Positions 1 through 13,394 of a stretch of 64,000 nt of DNA are shown here, in pieces. The position numbers and the translations under genes are program-made. This DNA comes from Eledone cirrhosa (lineage: Eukaryota): contig OZ024741.1 of assembly GCA_964016885.1 (NCBI GenBank), forward strand, positions 82,708,001 through 82,772,000. Reading direction: 5' to 3'. Positions within the stretch are counted from its first letter, which is position 1. Every line of letters begins with the position of its first letter. The notes under the pieces were generated by a model. The model had not been told where the DNA came from. It ran no database searches and worked only from the letters and a program-made list of their open reading frames with translations.

Positions 1-705
1 TCACTTTGGATTTGTACGTTTGTTATATAGTTATAGAGGTATATTTACGCTTTAATTTATATTTTTAATTATCGTGTCTATACTCTGCCTTTCATAGGTT
101 ATAAATTCCTTACACTGGTGGTTTTTCCCTGTTTTATTGATAGCGCACTGTATCTCTCTCTAGTGTGTTTACCTTTTCAACATATTGTAATTTAAAGAGC
201 TCAGGATTTCCTCTTATTTGAATACATTATTTACGGGGAACGACGAGAGTCTATCGCTCCGTTAATCTATCGTGATATATAGCTCCTTATAACAGTCTTT
301 CCTCTCTCTCTGTTTCGTTGAGCACACTTGTCTGAGTGGTTTGGGGCTGCCCTTTCTAGCAGCTCGTCTCTCAGATGCCACTGGTTCACGGCCCTTAAAC
401 ACCGTGTGACTTCTCTCTCCCACTTGTAGCTGGACGGTCGCTTTAAAAATTATCTTAGTGTTGTCTGAAATGTATAGCCTTAGACACGCTGATGAACCGG
501 GGTTATTTCATTTCTGTCAACACCTTACTGGCGAAACAGATCCCTTTGGATTTGTACGTGTGTTATATAGTTATAGAGGTATTTATTTACGCTTTAATTT
601 ATGTTTTTAATTATCGTGTCTAAACTCTGCCTTTCATAGTTTATAGATTCCATACACTGGTGGTGTTTCTCTGTTTTATTGATAGCGCACTGTATCTCTC
701 TCTAG
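1..705 (+). repeat. Partial tandem repeat, ~540-bp period, PLE pseudo-LTR/retrozyme-like, cut by the window edge
   Basis: Bases ~8-162 recur at ~548-705 (ggatttgtacg..gttatatagttatagaggtat...gatagcgcactgtatctctctctag). The unit contains a hammerhead and ends near (TA)n. Confidence 0.75.
484..561 (+). ncRNA. Type I hammerhead ribozyme with a stable stem III
   Basis: acacg-CTGATGA-a-ccgg...ctgg-c-GAAA-cagatcc-cttt-ggatttg-TA-cgtgt: canonical core, stems I and III pair, GUA cleavage triplet. Confidence 0.85.
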
Positions 706-1267
706 ATACATACTGTATTTTATATATATATATATATATACCATTAGAATATGCTTCCAAACAATTATATATACCATAATTTAATTTACAATTGTTACAT
801 CGAAGCTGATATAAATTTTAAACCTACACCTTTCCAGTTTTTTATCATTGATATACACACGTGCACCCAGACGCTCTCACTTATAGCGTGTCGATAGAAC
901 AAAAATACTGAATATAAATCAAAGTACACATATAAGTACACATAACTATACAATAAATTATAGATACATAATAAAAAGGGGAGACATAACATATATAAGT
1001 GGGCGTATCATTAAATCAATTTGAAGACAAGTATTTAATAAATATATTATATAAAAACGAATTATTATAAATAGTTAACAGGAGATATGAAGATTGTAAA
1101 ATCACTAAAAATGGAGGATGATACGAGCAGATGTACTGAGACTAGGAACATATATTTTCTGGTAATTATGACAGGTAGATGTAGATGAACATGAGTAATA
1201 ACAAACATACTGCTGCAATGATACTAGATACTAAATTATAACGATTAAATAATGCAATAAATAATCT

Positions 1268-1380
<113 letters not shown>

Positions 1381-4300
1381 AGATTATATTAATAAAAGGA
1401 ATTCCAACTTTGTCTGATTTACTCGTTTTATTTACAATCCTTTAAAATTATAATGATATTATAATGAAATGGTATGGTAGAATATTAAATGTTAAATTTA
1501 ATTGAACAAATACGTTCAATTAACAATCGCTTTAGCAATCTTCTGTGGTGACAGACAAGTTTCCAATTTTCAACTGTAATGAGATGGCTCAAATCTGTGC
1601 CTCATATACAGTAAAAAGGGGCTACAGAATACTAAGTTTTGCAAACTGTGATTCGACGAACCGGTGCGTGGTTTCACTAGATTACTAAAGCTGACTGGTT
1701 TAGGCATCATGGTTGGTTGAGCATGTCTAACGACTTCTATTTGACCCTAACCAAAGCATCAATTGTTTAGCTATTTTTAGAAATGATGAAAATAGCATTT
1801 TCTAGAGTTTTTATAAAAAATCTGCAGTAATCATCAATATTAACATCACTTTTTTATTATTATTGTTAGTGTTGATAGTGGTGGTAGTCGACATGGTCGT
1901 AGGCGTAGTCGTAGTAGAAGTAATACCCCTAAGCATTATTATTGCTCATTTAGCTTGGGTTGGAATTTATCTATAAAATTATTTTCTTTAATTTTTCTCT
2001 TGATTTCACTTGGGCTGTGTAGTTTGTAGAATGGAAAAATATAAATATTTTCTGACCACTAGTTGCTAGATGTTTACTCAGGGGTATCTGACGGACATTT
2101 TGGTCTTTGATTTTCTATCGGTTCACGCGTGCACGTTCCGATAGTGTATTTCCAGTTTGACTGACATATAGTTCTTCACAATTCGTGCATTTAATGCAGT
2201 AAATTAGATTTCTGCTTTTGCAGATTGTATTTGCATTTGGGAATATTTTTCCAGATTTTGTGTTCATATATTGACCAGTATGTAAGAATTGACATGTGCC
2301 ACATCGAATATCAGTGCATTTAGATACAATGAATGATTGGTCTTTGTTGTTAAGGTCAAACTTTGTCTTTATTAGTAATTGCTTCACATTTTTCGGCTGT
2401 CTTTTACTAAGAACCAAAGCTCGGTCTGTGATTAAACCTTTTAATTCATTTCTTTGAGCAATGATCGGTAGGTTTGCTTTGGCATTGTTAAAGATATTCT
2501 GGTGACATCGGTTGTGTGTCATTATAAATGGTATGACCAGTTCATGGTTTCTTCTTCCTTGGGTTTCCCTAAGTTGTTGTATAGGTATTTTTATAGCTCG
2601 CTGTATGCCATTTTCTATAAGTAGAGATGGGTATTTTTGTTTGAGCAAAAATTCTCTCAGTCTTGTTAGGCGATATGGGATGTTGCGTTTTGTATGAGGT
2701 GGATGGCACGACTTCAGATTCAGATATTGGTGGGTGTCTGTGTGTTTATAGTATATATCCGTGGTAATGGTGACGTCGTTTTCGATTACCATTATCTATA
2801 GGAATGGTAATTTGGTACTACTCATCTCTTTTGTAAATTGGAGAGAAGGGTGTAGGTTATTCAGGAGGATATTGAACTCATCCAGAGTATCTTCAGATTC
2901 TGTCCAGATGATGAAACAGCCGTCAAAGTATAACTTCCAAGACTTCTCAATGTACTTTCTAAATTCAGTGCTATATTTTTCCTCTATTTCTTGGTAGATT
3001 TGTTGTTCTAAGTGTCCCATTACAAGGTTCGCGTAAACGGGAGCAAACTTCGTTCCCATCGCTGTGCCTCTAATTTGGATGTAATTATTTCCATTGAAGA
3101 AGAATGTGTTGTTTTCCAGAATAGGTCTGACTGCGTCTAATATAAATGGCACTGTGAATCTGGTAGGAATCACTTCTCTATGTTTTTCCATCCAGTATTT
3201 AACCGCCTTTATTCCTAAATCATGTGTAATGTTGGTGTAAAGGCTTACCACATTAAAAGTAAGTAGAAGTGAATTCGTTTCCCTGGTTTTGAGAAGATGG
3301 GACAGGAAGTCGATATCATCCCGGATGAAACTGGCTATGTGAATAGATAGTGGTTTCAAAATAATGTCAACCAAATTGCTTAGACGGTGGGTATGGCATG
3401 TTGGACCAGCTATAATAGGTCTAAGTTTTAAGCCTTTGGGGTGTAGTAATTTAATGTACTCAATTTTTTGTTCTTTTACTGCCAGTTTAATTATTTTAGG
3501 ATCTACGTGTTCAATTGTTTTGGGTAATTTTCCTCCTGGAGTTTTTCTTTTTTCGGTTTTTGTTGCCCTGACGTTAAAAAATGGATTTTTCTATGTTCAG
3601 GATTTATATTCCTGTTGGTCTGTGCTTGATGAACTTTTGATCGTGATATTATACTTAGTTTCGTTATGTTTTTTGTCCTGTTTTTGGTATTATGTATATT
3701 ATTTTTCCATTTCTTGTTAGCATTATTTTTAACAATCTGGGAAAATGACCTAGGTTTGCTTCAAGGTTTACATCGTTTTTTTGCCCAGTTTCTTATGGGT
3801 AATCTCTTTGGAGATCTTGAAAGTGATATTGTTATTCTACGGTTTTTTCCCCGGTCCTTGTGGGTAGTCTCTGTTGAGATCTTGAGAATGATCTCCTGGT
3901 TTTTCAATTCTCATGGTCTGGTCAAAGGAATACCTATCGTCTTTGGGCTTTTTGTTCATGTTATGTGCGTTAGGGTGTTTTTGTAGAAAAAGCGAATAGT
4001 TCTTACCGTAGTTGTTCTTTGATTCAAGGTGAAATGAGTGTTTGTGTTGCCAGGCGTTCTGGCGTATGTTGTGTTGGTGAGATTGTCCTCTTTTAATGCT
4101 TTTTCTGAGAGTTCCAGAGTCTTTACCGTAATTTGCAGCATATTCGTCGAGAAATAACTGTTTCTGCTGCCACAACTTTCTTGATTTGCTTTCTTCTTTT
4201 GAGATATCTCTGATCCATAGTTCCCGTAGTGTTTCAGCTATATTACCAGTAGTTAGCTTTGAAATTTCGACTCAATTTGATCATCGATAGTTTCGTATTT

Positions 4301-4860
4301 GGCTTTGTAGCGGGATTGTTTACATTGAGTAATGGAGATGTCGGTCCTGAATTTTGTCAATGTAAGTTCCCATCGGAGTTTTGTTTCTTCTTATGGCTCT
4401 CCTGTAATTTCTTTAATTAGGTATTTAAGAGGGAGTATGGGTACCGTTAGAGAAAGCCATTTCGAATGTGTTTCGACATATTTTTCGCATTTGTATGCTT
4501 TCCAGAAGTTTTGTTTTCTTATGTTAAGAAATATTTTCTATGTCTTCCACATTTCTTTTCTAATTCGATGTGTCTCGTTTTCCAAATTTGTTTCGTTTAG
4601 TTCTGACATCCAAGGGGGTTGTGGTAGGCTTTCTCTTGTATCTTTGATAACTGTTGGTATAATTTCAGCTAAATTCTTAATTTCAGAGTTTATATGTTCA
4701 GTGATAAGTTTTCCGTCCGTAGATTCTTTTTCTATTTCCTTTAACATAGAGGATTGTGTGTGAATCATCGTGATAAGTGTTGATAATTTTGATATCTTCT
4801 TCAGAATTCTTTCTGATTCTGTTGATTTCATTTGTTGCTTTTCAGACATGTTTGCATATA
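1381..4860 (-). mobile_element. Decayed Penelope-like retroelement (RT + GIY-YIG), flanked by microsatellites
   Basis: Broken minus-strand ORFs carry PLE RT motifs (FNVVSLYTNI, QIRGTAMGTKFAPVYANL, YFDG for YxDD), thumb IYYKHTDTHQYL and GIY-YIG (LIYCIKC..LYVSQTG). Confidence 0.9.
2115..3374 (-). pseudogene. PLE reverse transcriptase / GIY-YIG endonuclease remnant
   Basis: ORFs 2796-3374 and 2115-2792 are in the same frame and separated by a stop codon; catalytic motifs are degenerate. Confidence 0.85.
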
Positions 4861-4868
4861 CACATTAG

Positions 4869-4940
<72 letters not shown>

Positions 4941-4946
<6 letters not shown>

Positions 4947-5209
4947 AGGAGGTGAGTTTTATTATCGTACAATAAAGCAATGTAGATATCGGATAAGAAG
5001 CACTCTACAGTTTGTAGGACTGGAATATATATAATATATAAGAACAAAAGATGGTTAAAAGAGTTCCATGTATTTTATTATGCGCATTTCAAAAACAAAT
5101 ATCATCATGCAATAACATTTGTGTTTTCATCAGATAAAACAGGAAGACATGATATGAAGATTAAAAAACACTTGTGAATAGTGCAGTTTTAAATCAACAT
5201 ATTTTTTCT

Positions 5210-5212
<3 letters not shown>
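4941..5212 (-). mobile_element. Solo 3'-end fragment of the PLE family at 32340-36497, with a hammerhead at ~5073-5139
   Basis: Reverse complement of 36240-36497; minus strand reads ttttat-CTGATGA...GAAA-tgcgca-TA-ataaaa; (TA)n on both sides. Confidence 0.8.
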
Positions 5213-5251
<39 letters not shown>

Positions 5252-5279
5252 TACACGTATGTGTATGATTGTGTATGGA

Positions 5280-6195
5280 AGATTATATTAATAAAAGGAA
5301 TTCCAACTTTGTCTGATTTACTCGTTTTATTTACAATCCATTAAAATTATAATGATATTATAATGAAATAGTATGGTAGAATGTTAAATGTTAAATGTTA
5401 ATTGAGCAAGTACTTTCATGCTTTCGCACCTGGAAATACTCTATCGGAACGTGCACAGGTGCACCGACAGCATAACGGAGATCACAAATGTCCGTCAGAT
5501 ACCCCTGGGTAACCATCTAGCAACATGTGGTCAGAAAATATTTAAAATATTTCCATTCTACAAACTACTCAGCCCAAGTGAAATCAAGAGAAAAACTAAA
5601 GAAAATAAATTTATTGATATATTTCAGCCCAAGGTAAATGAACAATAATAATGTTTAGGGGTTATTACTTCTACTATGACTACACCTACAAACATGTCGA
5701 CTACGACCACTAACAACAACAACAACACAACAATAATAATAATAATAATAAAAGTGATGTTAATATTGATGATTACTGAAGATTTTTTATAAAAATTCTA
5801 GAAAATGCTAATTTCATCATTTCTAAAAATAGCAAAACAATTGAAGCTTTGGGTAGAAGTCGTTAGACATGCTCAACCAACCGTGACGCCTAAACCAATC
5901 AGCTTTAGTAATCCAGTGAAACTACACACCGATGGTCGATATACAGTTTGAAAAATTAGCATTCTGTAGCCCCCTTTTACTGTATATAAGGCACAGATTT
6001 GAGCCATCTCATTACAGTTGAACATTGCAAACTTGGCTGTCACCACTGAATATAAACCTGAATATTGCGAAAGCATAGAAGTACTTGTTCAATTAACATT
6101 TAACATACTACCATACCATTTCATTATAATATCATTATAATTTTAATGGATTGTAAATAAAACGAGTAAATCAGACAAAGTTGGAATTCCTTTTA

Positions 6196-6204
<9 letters not shown>
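5280..6204 (+). mobile_element. 5'-truncated PLE copy (same family as 1381-4860) preceded by an inverted copy of its 3' end
   Basis: 5430-6204 is the reverse complement of ~1381-2150 (end of the GIY-YIG domain plus 3' UTR). 5280-5429 is the reverse complement of ~6066-6204. Confidence 0.8.
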
Positions 6205-6262
<58 letters not shown>

Positions 6263-6343
6263 GTCTGGTTATGTGAGTATGTGTTTATATATATATTGAT
6301 ACGTGCGTGTGAATGTACGTCGCTACGTAACTACGTATATTTG

Positions 6344-6387
<44 letters not shown>

Positions 6388-6464
6388 ATTCTAAAAGTAT
6401 GTAAAAAAAAAAATACTGTCCTGCGGTTTGAAGTTTGCGCCAGGATTGGAGACACTCTTCTATT

Positions 6465-6655
6465 TAATAATTGTTTCTACTATTGGCACAAGAGCTGCAA
6501 ATTAGCCAGTGTATTACTGGTACTTTATTTTATCGACCCCATAAGGATGAAAAGCAAAGTTAACCTCGGCGGGATTTGAACTCAGAATGGCAAGGGCCGC
6601 AACTCCATGCATCGAAGCATGGCGTCCGACCCTCTACCGATACTGCCAATTCACC
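6465..6655 (-). mobile_element. tRNA-derived SINE (MetaSINE-like central domain)
   Basis: Same family as 34422-34618: B-box gagttcaaatcc and central (g)c(c)tttcatcctta.ggggtcgataaaataaagtaccag. Confidence 0.75.
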
Positions 6656-7176
6656 AATGCTAAATGTGTAACTTAGTGTGTGCTGACGTTCAAAGTAATA
6701 AATTAGAGGTTCAACCTGGTATGGTGTGGTGTTTTCTTTTATTTCTTATTTTAATGAATTAGTGAATTACCAGATGGATAAGTGTGTCAGATTAAAAATA
6801 TCTTGGTGAATATTCCAGCGTACGGCACCCTGTGTTCCAATCTCACCGAAGCTAAATTTGACACCTTTGATTTCGAGGTCAATAAATGAAGTAACACTCG
6901 AATAGCGGAAAGGGTTCTTTTTCAATATATATTTGATATTCCTTACACTCTTTCCCTCACACACAGAGACACATAGTGGGGAAAATTGACTGTGTGCGAA
7001 GAGGACACCACTTGTTACATGCTACTTGTGTCTAAAAGAGATATAATAAGAGCCCTTGCTGTCATGAATGTGAGCGTATCATTATTCTACGCCACAATAT
7101 TAAGTAATTCTGTGTGTATAAAACTACATGTAACATTATTTTTATACGTGGATATTTGAATCCTAATTAGTCATTA

Positions 7177-7785
<609 letters not shown>

Positions 7786-8508
7786 TTAAATGTATAAGAA
7801 CAGCTGCAGCCGGCGCACCTTACGAAGCAATCAATACTGTTAAAAGGTCCGTCTTGTTTGGGTTGTAATCCAGTGTCAAGGCAGCTATAGTGTTGTGCGT
7901 GTACATAGATTTTAAAGAATCGAAATCAGTTTTGAAGCATATGTACAAAATGTATTTGCATATTACTCTGTTTAGACATCTCTTCAGAAATGCGAATTTA
8001 TATGTGCAAAGAGATGTCAAGAAGTGTTGAGCCGCCTCACATCGATTTTACCCTGAGCTTATCGATATCGAAACAATTGTAATATGCAAATAGGTGTGTA
8101 CATATGCTACACCACTGACTTCAATTCTTTAAAATCTGTCTCTCGCTCTCTATATATATATTTCATATAGAAAAGGCTTCTACAAGAATAGAAGAGTTTT
8201 ATTCCTGATGATTTGCTACGATTGAAACAGTTATATATGAAACATATGAAATATGATGCTCACATTTATTGAGCAACATATTAACAGTAACTAACTCCGA
8301 TTTAACTCAGGATCTACACACACACACACGCACAAGCATATATATATATCGACATATAAAGCCCAAGAAGTGCGAACCCGGTAAAGGAACCAAATAAATA
8401 TTCTTAAAAAGACTCCTCTTGCATTTTCGATTTCATCTTTTTTCTTTATACTTTCACTCGTGTATGACATCTCGTTTCTTTTCATATTGTAAAAAAAAAA
8501 TTCTAATA

Positions 8509-9394
8509 TATGGTGTGTCAGAAAAGTCCCAGGACTGATGTCACAAAAGATTTATTTCAAACCCAAAGTTCACACTAAGAGTGTTCTCCTTCAAAATAAT
8601 ACCCCTGGAGTCGAATGCACTTTTCCATCCTTTTCTGTCACGCTTGCATGCACTCCTGTAAGGATTCTTCCGGGATCCTCCGCAGTTCCGTCGTCACGGC
8701 CTTTCTGATGTCGTCCACGTCTTCAAAACGGGTCCCCTCCGGGGCATACTCGAATATCCATGCCTCATCACCGGTGATGACTGTCCCTAGACAGTCTGGT
8801 TCGGTTTCAAGACGCTCGAGGATGTTCTGGCACACTTGCATGCGTCGACCCTTCTGGTCTTCGTGCAGCAGTTTTGGCACCATCTTCGCGCAGACTTTCC
8901 GCATGTCCAAATCTTCAGTGAGAATCGTTCAGACGCTGTCCCGATTCATGCCCAGCTCATTAACCATCAGTCGAACAGTCAGCCGACGATCGCTACGCAC
9001 CATCTGCCTGACGCGCTCAACGTTGACCTGAGTCCTGATTGTTGAGGGCGTTCCACTCCTGGGGTCATCTTCCACGCCCTCGCGTCCTTCTTCAAACCTC
9101 TTGCACCACTCAAAAACACGTGAGTGTGACATCGTCTCATCTCCAGACACTTGCTGTAGCAATCCCAGTGCTTCTGACGGAGTTTTCCATTTTGTTCGTT
9201 GCTCTGTGCTCATTGCTTGACGACCGGAAACAGAGGACATGAATATAAAATTATGAAGAAAAAGGTTTGTTCGCTGCAGAGAGCTAAGATTACAGTTACA
9301 TACTCCAGGGGGGTTACTTTGAAGGAGAAAACTCTTAGTGTGAAGTTTGGGTTTTAAATAACTCTTTTCTGGAACCTTTCTGACACACCTCGTA
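8509..9394 (-). mobile_element. Internally deleted mariner (Tc1/mariner) DNA transposon
   Basis: Imperfect TIRs of ~90-100 bp (ggtgtgtcagaaa...acccaaa.ttcacactaagagt.ttctccttcaaa...cccctggag) flanked by TA. HTH region VFEWCKRFEEGREGVEDDPRSG, then MRKVCAKMVPKLL and ITGDEAWIFEY fused to the C-terminus; most of the DDD domain is missing. Confidence 0.9.
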
Positions 9395-9412
9395 TATATA
9401 TATATATACATA

Positions 9413-9956
9413 TACTAGCTGTTTAACCCGGTTTTAGCCGGGAGATTTGGTTCACTGACAAGAATTCAACTTCTTTTCTCCACCAAGAAACCAACAAAAA
9501 TAACAAAAAGGGAACACGAAAAACAAAACATATTCAGAAACCCTAATAAATTTACTGTCAAATAAGGTTGAGAACAGAAATATGATTTTGACGTGAAAAA
9601 CGAACCACCGGAATGCCACCCATTTAAACGGCTTATTGTAGTTAAATAAACTAATGAAATGCAAAGTATGCTTTATTAATTTGAATGTGTTGTTTATGCA
9701 GTAGAAATCTGCCTAGAACGCGCAAAACATCAAATCTCGTAATTGAGCGTTCACGATACTGACCTGACGTCAGTTCAATTTGAATGGAACATTCCTGTTT
9801 CATCGATTTTCTCCGTAACCATGGAGAACCAACGCCTCCTCGGGTCATTCTACAAAACCGTATAACTTTTCGCTGCATTCCACCAAGACGGTTCGACGTT
9901 TATCCGACTACACCTACATATACAACGTCCGTCCACTTCCAATTTATATAGTAGAT
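9413..9956 (+). mobile_element. Putative non-autonomous Helitron/Helentron-like element
   Basis: 5' tactagctg followed by the hairpin cccggttttagccggg; 3' end tttatatagtagat; non-coding; between (TA)n tracts. The termini resemble Lep1/DINE-type rolling-circle elements. Confidence 0.45.
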
Positions 9957-10077
9957 ATATATATATATATATATATAAATTTATTAAAATAACAGATTAA
10001 AGTTTAAGCAAAGAATCGGTGCGTTCAGCCTTAACGGGATCTTTTGAATTTTATATATATATATAAATTTATATATA

Positions 10078-10179
<102 letters not shown>

Positions 10180-10194
10180 ATATGTATATATATA

Positions 10195-11487
10195 TAAGTG
10201 AGTATTGAAGTTTGCTTGAAGCATTCTGGAATAATAAGGTAAATTTCTTTAAGTCGTTTCAAAGCCTCGACATTGCAGATGGGTAAATCTCCGGGTAACA
10301 AGATCCGGTGGTGGAGAGAGAGATGTAAGTGGCGTGTATAAGACTGTAACGTGTAGAGGAATGAAGGAAAGAGCGTAAAGGATAAAAATAAAAATAACAA
10401 CACGAGAAAGAGTTACCTGGGGAGAGATTTAATAGTCCCTATATATTTCGGATTCACATCCATCAACTGGGATTTTTTCCGGGGGGGGGTCTGTCGTAAA
10501 GGTTCGAAACGTGTTCTCCGCTGGTCGTTGTTTTGAATATCTGAGGTATTCAGCAAAGCGAGCGTGCGCGTGAAATGGGATCGGTCAGGCAGAAGTCAGC
10601 GGCCGAAGTAGTTCTTTCAATCCATTTCAGTCCATTATCTGCCTGTTTGGTGAATGTTACTGTGTGTGTGTGTGTGTGTGTGCGCGTGTGTTGTTGTCCC
10701 GCTTGAGTGTGTGTATGTGTGCGTGTGTTGTTGCCTTGTTCCTCTGTATTGGCAGTGTAGTATGTTCGTATGGTGGAATGCTACTGTGTGTGTGTGTGTG
10801 TGTGCGTGTGTTGCAGGCTCGCTTGGGTGTGTGTGTGCGTGTGTTGCTGCATCGTTTGTTAACTTAAACCAACCACCTCATTTCGATTCTCACGGATCGT
10901 GCTTCCTTGATACGTAACGTGCCGACGTTTCTTTCTGTCGCTAGAATTGTGACAATGGCCCTTCCGTCTTTGTTTCCGCATTTGGCTATGTGTTTCTGGA
11001 AAGCGAGGCCCTGGTTTTAGTGTGTTCCTTGATCCGGATGTGCAACGGCCTGATTGTGCTACCTATATAGTATTGGTTGCACTTGTTACATTCTATCTCA
11101 TACACGACGTATATGCGTAGGCAACAGTTCGCATGGCGCATCGGGCAGTCTCTGAGGGAGCAGGCGTCAGTTGATTTCCCGGGTTTCCTAAAGAGGCATA
11201 TTCGCAGGGAGGGGCTCGAGTGGGCCAGGTGGATGTTGAGGCTCTCCCTCCGTATAGCCTTGCGGATAGCGTTGGTGGTATTCTCGAACAGGTGTGGCAT
11301 TTCTCGTGTTGTTATTTTTATTTTTATCATTTACGCTCTTTCCTTCATTCCTCTACACGTTAGTCTTATACACCCCACGCATCTCAACGTACACCCACTT
11401 ACATCTCTCTCTCCACCACAGGGTCTTGTTACCCGGAGATTTACCCATCTGCATTGTCGAGGATTCGAAACGACTTCAAGAAATTTA

Positions 11488-11490
<3 letters not shown>
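10195..11490 (-). mobile_element. 5'-truncated PLE (family of 36709-39600) with an inverted copy of its 3' end
   Basis: GIY-YIG ORF 10986-11330 (VVYEIEC..YYIGST) closely matches the 37484-38908 protein. 11302-11489 is the reverse complement of ~10237-10410. Confidence 0.9.
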
Positions 11491-11550
<60 letters not shown>

Positions 11551-11562
<12 letters not shown>

Positions 11563-13363
11563 TATAGACATAGAATATTCGAAAATATTCTGTATGTTTA
11601 TAATAAACATTTTGAAGACCTAATCGCTATAGAATAGAATACGTCACGTATTACAATTAGATTCTCGATAAAAGCAAGGGAAGTAATCTACGCGTTTCAT
11701 TCTTGTTAGAATTCATCAGGACTACATATCCAGTGCTTTTATCGAGAATGACACAGCTAGAGACTTATAGAATACTTAGCTGTGTACAGGAACTGGTTTG
11801 AAAGAGCGGTTGCCGGTCCGGCAGAAATTAGAAATTGGAATAAATGCTCTGAAATAGCGATATATATATGAATATAGACATAGAATATTCGAAAATATTC
11901 TGTATGTTTATAATAAACATTTTGAAGACCTAATCGCTATAGAATAGAATACGTCACGTATTACAATTAGATTCTCGATAAAAGCAAGGGAAGTAATCTA
12001 CGCGTTTCATTCTTGTTAGAATTCATCAGGACTACATATCCAGTGCTTTTATCGAGAATGACACAGCTAGAGACTTATAGAATACTTAGCTGTGTACAGG
12101 AACTGGTTTGAAAGAGCGGTTGCCGGTCCGGCAGAAATTAGAAATTGGAATAAATGCTCTGAAATAGCGATATATATATGAATATAGACATAGAATATTC
12201 GAAAATATTCTGTATGTTTATAATAAACATTTTGAAGACCTAATCGCTATAGAATAGAATACGTCACGTATTACAATTAGATTCTCGATAAAAGCAAGGG
12301 AAGTAATCTACGCGTTTCATTCTTGTTAGAATTCATCAGGACTACATATCCAGTGCTTTTATCGAGAATGACACAGCTAGAGACTTATAGAATACTTAGC
12401 TGTGTACAGGAACTGGTTTGAAAGAGCGGTTGCCGGTCCGGCAGAAATTAGAAATTGGAATAAATGCTCTGAAATAGCGATATATATATGAATATAGACA
12501 TAGAATATTCGAAAATATTCTGTATGTTTATAATAAACATTTTGAAGACCTAATCGCTATAGAATAGAATACGTCACGTATTACAATTAGATTCTCGATA
12601 AAAGCAAGGGAAGTAATCTACGCGTTTCATTCTTGTTAGAATTCATCAGGACTACATATCCAGTGCTTTTATCGAGAATGACACAGCTAGAGACTTATAG
12701 AATACTTAGCTGTGTACAGGAACTGGTTTGAAAGAGCGGTTGCCGGTCCGGCAGAAATTAGAAATTGGAATAAATGCTCTGAAATAGCGATATATATATG
12801 AATATAGACATAGAATATTCGAAAATATTCTGTATGTTTATAATAAACATTTTGAAGACCTAATCGCTATAGAATAGAATACGTCACGTATTACAATTAG
12901 ATTCTCGATAAAAGCAAGGGAAGTAATCTACGCGTTTCATTCTTGTTAGAATTCATCAGGACTACATATCCAGTGCTTTTATCGAGAATGACACAGCTAG
13001 AGACTTATAGAATACTTAGCTGTGTACAGGAACTGGTTTGAAAGAGCGGTTGCCGGTCCGGCAGAAATTAGAAATTGGAATAAATGCTCTGAAATAGCGA
13101 TATATATATGAATATAGACATAGAATATTCGAAAATATTCTGTATGTTTATAATAAACATTTTGAAGACCTAATCGCTATAGAATAGAATACGTCACGTA
13201 TTACAATTAGATTCTCGATAAAAGCAAGGGAAGTAATCTACGCGTTTCATTCTTGTTAGAATTCATCAGGACTACATATCCAGTGCTTTTATCGAGAATG
13301 ACACAGCTAGAGACTTATAGAATACTTAGCTGTGTACAGGAACTGGTTTGAAAGAGCGGTTGC
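11551..13363 (-). repeat. Tandem array of a 310-bp hammerhead-containing unit, ~5.8 copies, ribozyme on the minus strand
   Basis: aatatagaca recurs at 11561, 11871, 12181, 12491, 12801 and 13111; HHR at 11683-11725 and every 310 bp after. Confidence 0.95.
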
Positions 13364-13394
13364 TCTTATATATTCTATAAGTCTTATATATTCT

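Noticed and set aside
8196-8245. CTGATGA...GAAA motif
   Set aside because: Stems I and II pair poorly; at best a decayed HHR.
11424-11482. Possible HHR near the PLE 3' end (...ttcGAAAcgacttcaag)
   Set aside because: No recognisable CUGANGA core in any of the three copies.
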